IMG/VR virus record: IMGVR_UViG_3300025632_000008
DNA from: a virus
DNA: 32,511 nucleotides
Direction: 5' to 3' (one strand)
Position numbers and translations under genes: made by a program. The stretch's first letter is position 1; the number at the start of each line of letters is the position of its first letter. Below are positions 7,313-12,465 of this stretch, in pieces. The notes under the pieces were generated by a model. It was not told where the DNA came from. It was given only the letters and a program-made list of their open reading frames with translations, and searched no databases.

Positions 7313-7346
7313 TATACTATAGTATATGGCGGGACGCTTTCTGCAA
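7313..7346 (-). promoter_or_regulatory. Candidate leftward promoter (TTGCAG-16-TACTAT) overlapping the 14-bp perfect palindrome TATACTATAGTATA (7313-7326)
   Basis: The minus strand reads ttgcagaaagcgtcccgccatatactatagtataaac. The palindrome covers the -10 candidates. It lies 30-60 nt upstream of the start at 7282. Confidence 0.3.
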
Positions 7347-7376
7347 CATTTGGAATGAATCCATTCATAAGTTTGG

Positions 7377-7463
7377 TTAGCCCAGCGCAACGAAACCTGT
7401 TACAGAAATTACCAGAACCGCGATATACATAACGAAGATTAGCTTGTCCTCATGGTCGCCCAT
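7377..7463 (-). CDS. Possible 28-aa membrane micro-protein
   Basis: aagggggcttcaacATG, then MGDHEDKLIFVMYIAVLVISVTGFVALG (one TM). The 78-aa track ORF upstream of this ATG runs through a hairpin and repeats and looks spurious. Confidence 0.4.
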   Translation of the reverse strand: MGDHEDKLIFVMYIAVLVISVTGFVALG

Positions 7464-7478
7464 GTTGAAGCCCCCTTG

Positions 7479-7505
7479 TTGATAGAGTTGATAGAGTTGA
7501 GAGTG
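7479..7505. repeat. Tandem 9-bp repeat: TTGATAGAG x2 plus degenerate TTGAGAGTG
   Basis: Read directly. Related copies are GATAGAGTTGA at 6915-6925 and TTGATAGAGT at 8382-8391. Confidence 0.7.
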
Positions 7506-7507
7506 GT

Positions 7508-7525
7508 GAGGGGCCGAAGCCCCTC
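7508..7525 (-). terminator. GC-rich hairpin with a UUCG tetraloop after the 137-aa gene (no U-tract)
   Basis: The minus strand reads GAGGGGC-TTCG-GCCCCTC, 7 nt after the stop at 7532. The missing T-run makes it a stabiliser, processing site or weak terminator rather than a canonical one. Confidence 0.4.
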
Positions 7526-7531
7526 TGAAGG

Positions 7532-7945
7532 TTATGATGCGAGGATGCGCTTGATTTCGGTGTCGAGGCCAAGGCCGTCTGAAGTGAAGGTGCGCTTGGG
7601 CTTGTGTTGCCACACTTCGCCTTGGGTAACGATGGTATAAACTTCTAGGTCAGCATTGTGACGCTCAGTAAGTTCATCCATCTCGCGTTCCATCGAAAGA
7701 TAGAGGCGAGCTTTCTTTTCAATGCGGATGTCTACGACCTCTGAGCCTTTGGCTGGAGCGAGTTCAGCCATGTCGTTCTTGACGATCGACATCTGTTCGC
7801 CCTTCCATTCGATTGAATTGAAGCTGGTGTAGCAAGCGTCCTTGGCAATTTGAGTGCGAAGGTATTCATTGTCAGAACCTTTATGATGGTTAATTACATC
7901 TAGTTTGAGTTGAACGAGTGTCGGTGATGTGTTCTTCTTAGTCAT
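7532..7945 (-). CDS. Hypothetical protein, 137 aa; first leftward gene next to the non-coding island
   Basis: The ATG at 7945 is preceded by acaggagaactagac. The track's longer 169-aa version would read through this RBS. Confidence 0.65.
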   Translation of the reverse strand: MTKKNTSPTLVQLKLDVINHHKGSDNEYLRTQIAKDACYTSFNSIEWKGEQMSIVKNDMAELAPAKGSEVVDIRIEKKARLYLSMEREMDELTERHNADLEVYTIVTQGEVWQHKPKRTFTSDGLGLDTEIKRILAS

Positions 7946-8555
7946 GTCTAGTTCTCCTGTAGAATCGAGAGGTCCGTCCCCTCGGTGAAGACCCAGAGAC
8001 ATGCCCACAAATCCCAGCTTGCTGGGGCTTGACGTTCGCAACTGCTTTCCTCACCAGACGCAGGCTGGACTAAGCACAGAAGAGCCACACACACTCAGAT
8101 CTGAGCCGCCAATGGAAAGTAGTTGCGAATGTTTTGTGGAGCTTGTCACGCAGGGCAAGACGAGGGGCGGCCGAGCGATACAGGAGAACGGCAAACATGG
8201 CTAAGACAGAACACTGAGCCGTAAGCGAGTTCAACTTAAACTTGATGTTTTTTAGTAGGCCATCATTTTAGAAGGTTCTGACAATGGATGCCTTTGCCGA
8301 AGATTGCAGGACGTTGGCTACCCAGCTGAGATTCAAGAGGATGGAGGGGTGAGCAGTTGGAGGGAGGAAGGGGCGATATGGTTGATAGAGTGATCCAAAG
8401 GTGTAGAGGTTGTAGACATTGAAAAGAGAGCTTGCAGATAGCTTGTGGTGGAGCGTGAGACTTACTGAGTGTCGCAAGGATGACTTGGAGTTTAGAGCAT
8501 TGTTAGACAAGCGTGGCAACCAGCCCAAGTGGATCTTTCTTTAGCGGGCTTGGCC

Positions 8556-8585
8556 TTGACGCTGAAGCTATGCTCATACTTTAAT
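8556..8585 (+). promoter_or_regulatory. Weak candidate rightward promoter TTGACG-18-TTTAAT
   Basis: Hexamers read by eye, with an 18-nt spacer. The CTGAAG/CTTCAG inverted repeat (8562-8567 and 8586-8591) brackets it. Confidence 0.2.
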
Positions 8586-8654
8586 CTTCAGAGAGCTTTG
8601 GCCGCTAAACGCTGTCAACAGCTAAACGAGGTACTATGATACCTAAATGAGGTA

Positions 8655-8678
8655 GTGACGCTGCGTCACATATTGACA
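8655..8678 (+). promoter_or_regulatory. Palindrome GTGACG-CTG-CGTCAC (instance 2) abutting a perfect TTGACA hexamer
   Basis: Perfect 7-bp arms at 8655-8661 and 8663-8669. TTGACA at 8673-8678, about 80 nt upstream of terS. No good -10 at a 17-nt spacing. Confidence 0.4.
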
Positions 8679-8756
8679 TAGATCAACGAAATAGTGCTGT
8701 GTGGGGGGAGAGAGGGAGAGGGGGGCAAGCATGAGGATAAAGGATAGAAAGTACGG

Positions 8757-9137
8757 ATGACTAATGTTCCGAATATAAGAAAGCTGACTGAGAAACAGAC
8801 AGCGTTAGTTGACACCATTGTAGCAAACGGGTGTACGATAGCTAAGGCAGCAGAGCTAGCTGGATATAGTAGCGGTGAGTCGGGAAGAGTAACTGCAACC
8901 AAGACGATGAAGCTACCACATGTGCAACAGTATCTGATGCAGAGGATGAATGAGGAATTTGGGCTAAGTGCTACCTTGGCAGCTGGGACAGTGAGACGGC
9001 TAGCTACGGGGGCTAAGTCTGAGTACGTTCAGCTAGAGGCTAGCAAGGATTTACTGGACCGTGCTGGGTACAAGCCGATAGACAGGTCACAGGTACAGGT
9101 TGCTGGTGACATTAAGGTGTCAATAGATCTCGGCTAG
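8757..9137 (+). CDS. terS: Terminase small subunit (Terminase_2-like)
   Basis: LTEKQTALVDTIVANGCTIAKAAELAGYSSGES...LDRAGYKP follows the LTxKQ..F...N...A...AGYS pattern of small terminases. Confidence 0.8.
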   Translation: MTNVPNIRKLTEKQTALVDTIVANGCTIAKAAELAGYSSGESGRVTATKTMKLPHVQQYLMQRMNEEFGLSATLAAGTVRRLATGAKSEYVQLEASKDLLDRAGYKPIDRSQVQVAGDIKVSIDLG

Positions 9138-9282
9138 GTAAATTGGTTGTAGGTAGCCTGATATATGGCACAGGGGGTTAAAAACTCCGACAGTATTACT
9201 AGCTAGTGGTCCCCCACTCTAGCAATATGCAAAAAAGGCTCTATGCTGCTGCTAATATTTTTTTTGTCACAGGGTGTTTGAG

Positions 9283-9600
9283 ATGGCGACCGAGGCTTGG
9301 ACTAGGAAAGAAGGTAAGAACCCGAAGGGTGGATTAAACGCGAAGGGCCGTGCGTCTTATAAGAAGGGTACGTTGAAGGCTCCTGTTAAGGGCGCACCTT
9401 CTGGTCCTACTGAGATGCGCAGGAAGGGATCGTTTCTTTCTCGTATGGGTAATATGAAGGGTCCAGAGCGTGACTCTAAGGGTAAGCCCACCCGTCTTCT
9501 TCTTAGCCTTCAAGCATGGGGCGCGTCTTCCAAAGCTAGCGCAAGAAAGAAGGGTAAGAGCTTACTTGCTCGTTACGAGAGGACCAAGAAGAATGGCTAA
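9283..9600 (+). CDS. Hypothetical lysine/glycine-rich basic protein
   Basis: ORF in the late operon. The start could be ATG 9283 or GTG 9274, and the SD is weak. Composition is very basic. Confidence 0.55.
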   Translation: MATEAWTRKEGKNPKGGLNAKGRASYKKGTLKAPVKGAPSGPTEMRRKGSFLSRMGNMKGPERDSKGKPTRLLLSLQAWGASSKASARKKGKSLLARYERTKKNG

Positions 9601-9642
9601 GTCTAGGGTTAATAAGGTATTGTTGAAGAAGGGATACAAGTA

Positions 9643-9882
9643 ATGGCGTTTTACACAACGGATGGTGAGCTTTACACTGGCGATACTCATTTTCTTGCTG
9701 GTGTTACTTACAGCGGAAAGACTCATACGCCTACATCACGGCGTTTAGTTGAGGGCGAAGAGCCTGTTCGAGCCCGTAAGTCCGATGGCAAGCTGTCTGG
9801 GGATGATCCATCTACACCAGATGTGAATGAGGCTTACTCTAAGCCTAAGAAAAAGAAGGCCAAGGCCAAGACAGGGAAGTAA
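9643..9882 (+). CDS. Hypothetical protein, 79 aa, with a K-rich tail
   Basis: RBS gaagaaggg. GELYTGDTHFLAGVTYSGKTHT resembles a motif I recall from small aquatic-phage proteins (unverified). Confidence 0.55.
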   Translation: MAFYTTDGELYTGDTHFLAGVTYSGKTHTPTSRRLVEGEEPVRARKSDGKLSGDDPSTPDVNEAYSKPKKKKAKAKTGK

Positions 9883-9886
9883 GACC

Positions 9887-10168
9887 ATGAGTGAGAAGCA
9901 CAAGACACTGCTCAAGAAGTACAAGATGCTTGAAGGCCAGCTCATTTCTATGCAGAGCGGGATTGAACGCATGGAGGACAAGCCCAATGCAACATTGTTG
10001 GACAAATCCCTGCGTTGGTACACGAATAAGATGGCGGATCTTGGCGACAGCTTGAACCAAGCCAACCCTCATTACAGATCAATTGAGAAAAAGCTGCGTA
10101 CAGTTGAAGATAGGCTAGACACAGAGTCCCAAAAGATTAGCCGCATGAGAGCAAAGGCTTCCAAATGA
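9887..10168 (+). CDS. Hypothetical coiled-coil protein, 93 aa
   Basis: The ATG at 9887 (MSEKHKTLLKKYK..) follows the stop of the previous gene. The track's longer start overlaps that gene. Confidence 0.55.
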   Translation: MSEKHKTLLKKYKMLEGQLISMQSGIERMEDKPNATLLDKSLRWYTNKMADLGDSLNQANPHYRSIEKKLRTVEDRLDTESQKISRMRAKASK

Positions 10169-10365
10169 GCTTTATTAGTACACTAAAGCCAATGGAGCTT
10201 TCCCTTCTTCGCGGCATAGTAAGAAAGACTGAGTTTGCTTACGTTGAAGCAAAGCACGGCAAGTCATTTATTACTGACGCTGAGTGCGACAAGCTGATTG
10301 AAAGCATTGGCCCCGAAGTTGTTGAGCGTATGATTAAGTTTGGTGTAGATAAGGGACTACGATAA
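10165..10365 (+). CDS. Hypothetical protein, 66 aa
   Basis: ATGA overlap with the upstream gene. Confidence 0.55.
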   Translation: MSFISTLKPMELSLLRGIVRKTEFAYVEAKHGKSFITDAECDKLIESIGPEVVERMIKFGVDKGLR

Positions 10366-10508
10366 TGAGCCTGTATGAGAACATGAACGCGCGTAAGAAA
10401 AAAGGCATTAGTCGCTCTAAGAAGAACTCTACAATTAGCGACAAAGCCTACAAGAATATGAAGGCTGGCTTCCCAAAGAAGAAAAGCCTATTGAAGAAAA
10501 ATGGTTAA
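10365..10508 (+). CDS. Hypothetical 47-aa lysine-rich peptide (below the ORF-track cutoff)
   Basis: Hand translation gives MSLYENMNARKKKGISRSKKNSTISDKAYKNMKAGFPKKKSLLKKNG. TAATG overlap upstream and an 8-nt overlap with the terL start. Confidence 0.45.
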   Translation: MSLYENMNARKKKGISRSKKNSTISDKAYKNMKAGFPKKKSLLKKNG

Positions 10509-12021
10509 CTTCAAATACAAGCCAGATGGTGATGTCCTCAAGGGCTTCATGAAAGACGATACTTTCTTTCGTGGCATAAGAGGCCCCGTTGGCTCTGGCA
10601 AATCCGTTGCTTGCTGTGTCGAAGTATTCCGCCGCGCCTTACAACAGGAAAAATCTCCTGATGGAACTCGCAAGAGTAGGTGGGCGATCATAAGGAACAC
10701 TAACCCACAGCTCAGAACTACCACGATTAAGACATGGCTTGACTGGTTTCCTGAGTCTGACTGGGGAAAGTTTACTTGGTCTGTCCCATACACCCACAAT
10801 ATTAAAAAAGGTGACATTGAACTTGAGGTTCTCTTCCTTGCACTCGACCGCCCAGAAGATGTCAAGAAACTCCTATCTTTGGAGCTTACTGGTATTTGGA
10901 TTAATGAAGCGCGTGAAATACCTAAGAGTATTATTGATGCCTGTACTATGCGTGTGGGTCGTTATCCTTCTATGCGTGATGGCGGTCCTTCTTGGACTGG
11001 CGTCATTGCCGATACCAACGCTCCTGAAGAAGATCACTGGTGGCCGATTATGTCTGGAGAAGTACCAATCCCAGATCATATACCGCGTGAGCAAGCTAAG
11101 ATGCTGGTCAAACCAGATAACTGGAGTTTCTTTACGCAGCCCGCTGGCATGGTCGAAAAAAAGTCCCCGGAAGGTGAGATAGAAGACTACGTTCCTAGCA
11201 AAGATGCTGAGAATCAAAAGAATATGATGAAGAGTTACTACCCCAACCTAGTGCGGGGTAAAACTAAGTCTTGGATTGATGTCTATGTTATGAATAGACT
11301 AGGGCATATCCAAGAAGGAAAGCCTGTGTATCCAATGTTTGCAGCCGAAGTACACGTTGCTAAGGAAGAAATACCAGTAGCCGCTAATGTTCCGCTTTAT
11401 GTGGGCGTAGACTTTGGATTGACGCCAGCCGCAGTTATCGGACAGAAAGTTCGAGGCAGATGGTTCGTGCAGTCAGAGATTGTTGCTGTAGATATGGGCA
11501 TTGTGCGCTTCTCTGAAGTGCTAAGACAAGAATTGGCGACTAGGTTCGCCGCTGCCGGAGAAGTCATTATATATGGCGATCCGTCAGGAGATTTCCGCGC
11601 GCAAACTGATGAGTCAACTCCCTTTCACATCATGCGCGGAGCTGGCTTGAGGGCTTTTCCTGCGCCCTCCAACTCTGTTGACCTTCGACTTGAGGCGGTT
11701 TCCTCCCAGTTGACGAAGATGGTTGAAGGTAAGCCAGCATTATTAATAGATCGGCGCTGTCCACAGCTAATAAAAGGCTTTGAAGGCGGGTATGCCTACA
11801 AAAGGATGCAAGTTTCCGGTGAAAGATTCGATGACAAGCCAGATAAGAATATGTTCTCGCACGTTCACGATGCTGCGCAGTACCTATTTCTTGGCGCGGG
11901 GGAGGGACGAGCCCTAATGAACAACCAAAAGCCAGCAAAAACTGTAGTGGCTGGACGTTCATTCGATGTTTTTGCTAAGAAGAGGCCAGATCGTAGGCAA
12001 GGACTTTGGTCAAGGATGTAA
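10501..12021 (+). CDS. terL: Terminase large subunit
   Basis: Walker A GPVGSGKS, Walker B-like LTGIWINEARE, and nuclease-domain motifs VGVDFGLTP and HVHDAAQY. 506 aa. Confidence 0.9.
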   Translation: MVNFKYKPDGDVLKGFMKDDTFFRGIRGPVGSGKSVACCVEVFRRALQQEKSPDGTRKSRWAIIRNTNPQLRTTTIKTWLDWFPESDWGKFTWSVPYTHNIKKGDIELEVLFLALDRPEDVKKLLSLELTGIWINEAREIPKSIIDACTMRVGRYPSMRDGGPSWTGVIADTNAPEEDHWWPIMSGEVPIPDHIPREQAKMLVKPDNWSFFTQPAGMVEKKSPEGEIEDYVPSKDAENQKNMMKSYYPNLVRGKTKSWIDVYVMNRLGHIQEGKPVYPMFAAEVHVAKEEIPVAANVPLYVGVDFGLTPAAVIGQKVRGRWFVQSEIVAVDMGIVRFSEVLRQELATRFAAAGEVIIYGDPSGDFRAQTDESTPFHIMRGAGLRAFPAPSNSVDLRLEAVSSQLTKMVEGKPALLIDRRCPQLIKGFEGGYAYKRMQVSGERFDDKPDKNMFSHVHDAAQYLFLGAGEGRALMNNQKPAKTVVAGRSFDVFAKKRPDRRQGLWSRM

Positions 12022-12081
12022 TTGTGCGTTGATTTATTGTTTATCTTGTGCATATCCAGAAGGTAGATAAAGGAGATTAGT

Positions 12082-12465
12082 ATGTGTTTTCCGGACCGTG
12101 GCGGCCAAGAACCAGCGCAAGCAAAAGAAGATACTAAAGAACTGAGTATTTTTGAAAAGCAAGAAGAGGCAGTGAAAGAAGCGAAAGCGGCAGAGCAAGC
12201 TGCGGTAGTAGCAGCAAGAGCAGACGAACTTGAACGCGCTAGAGTAGACGCAGTAGAGGCGTACAAAGCTGAACAGGAAGTAAAGCGTCAAGCCGAAGCT
12301 GATAAGATTGTAAGTTCTGCGAATATCCGTCAGGAACGTATCTCTAAGTTTGGACCTGTTTCTACTGCTGGTCGTGCATCTAGGCGGTCTGGATCAAGAG
12401 GGCGCAGAAGCCTTATCACAGGACTCGGCGGCGGTATTGGTTATTATGATAGGTTCAGCAGCTAA
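12082..12465 (+). CDS. Hypothetical protein (A/E/K-rich coiled coil, G/R-rich C-terminus)
   Basis: RBS aaaggag. TAATG overlap with the portal gene. C-terminus is GRRSLITGLGGGIGYYDRF. Confidence 0.6.
   Translation: MCFPDRGGQEPAQAKEDTKELSIFEKQEEAVKEAKAAEQAAVVAARADELERARVDAVEAYKAEQEVKRQAEADKIVSSANIRQERISKFGPVSTAGRASRRSGSRGRRSLITGLGGGIGYYDRFSS

Larger units (their letters stand above)
7946..8756. other. 811-bp non-coding divergent control region (possible origin, switch or ncRNA)
   Basis: Only three short track ORFs fall here. They have no RBS and low-complexity translations. The region contains hairpins, palindromes, an AT-rich patch, a C-depleted tract and a homopurine run. Confidence 0.7.

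Noticed and set aside
7946-8041. Longer 169-aa version of the 7532 gene starting at 8041
   Set aside because: The extension reads through the strong RBS acaggagaac and the hairpin at 7966-7984. The internal ATG at 7945 is correctly spaced from that RBS.
8001-8204. 67-aa plus-strand ORF inside the non-coding island
   Set aside because: No SD upstream. The translation (PTNPSLLGLDVRNCFPHQTQ...) is not protein-like, and it runs straight through the hairpin and helix elements.
8214-8245. Group II intron domain V-like string GAGCCGTAAGCG
   Set aside because: The required 3' complementary arm (..ACGGTTC) and GNRA-capped hairpin are absent, and no intron-encoded protein is present.
8268-8528. 86-aa minus-strand ORF across the C-depleted tract
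   Set aside because: Its low-complexity S/L/P-rich translation is a by-product of the skewed composition. It has no RBS and no neighbouring gene coupling.
8666-8902. 78-aa minus-strand ORF overlapping the terS start
   Set aside because: It is antisense to a well-supported terS gene and reads through the homopurine tract as poly-Pro/Ser. This is a shadow ORF.
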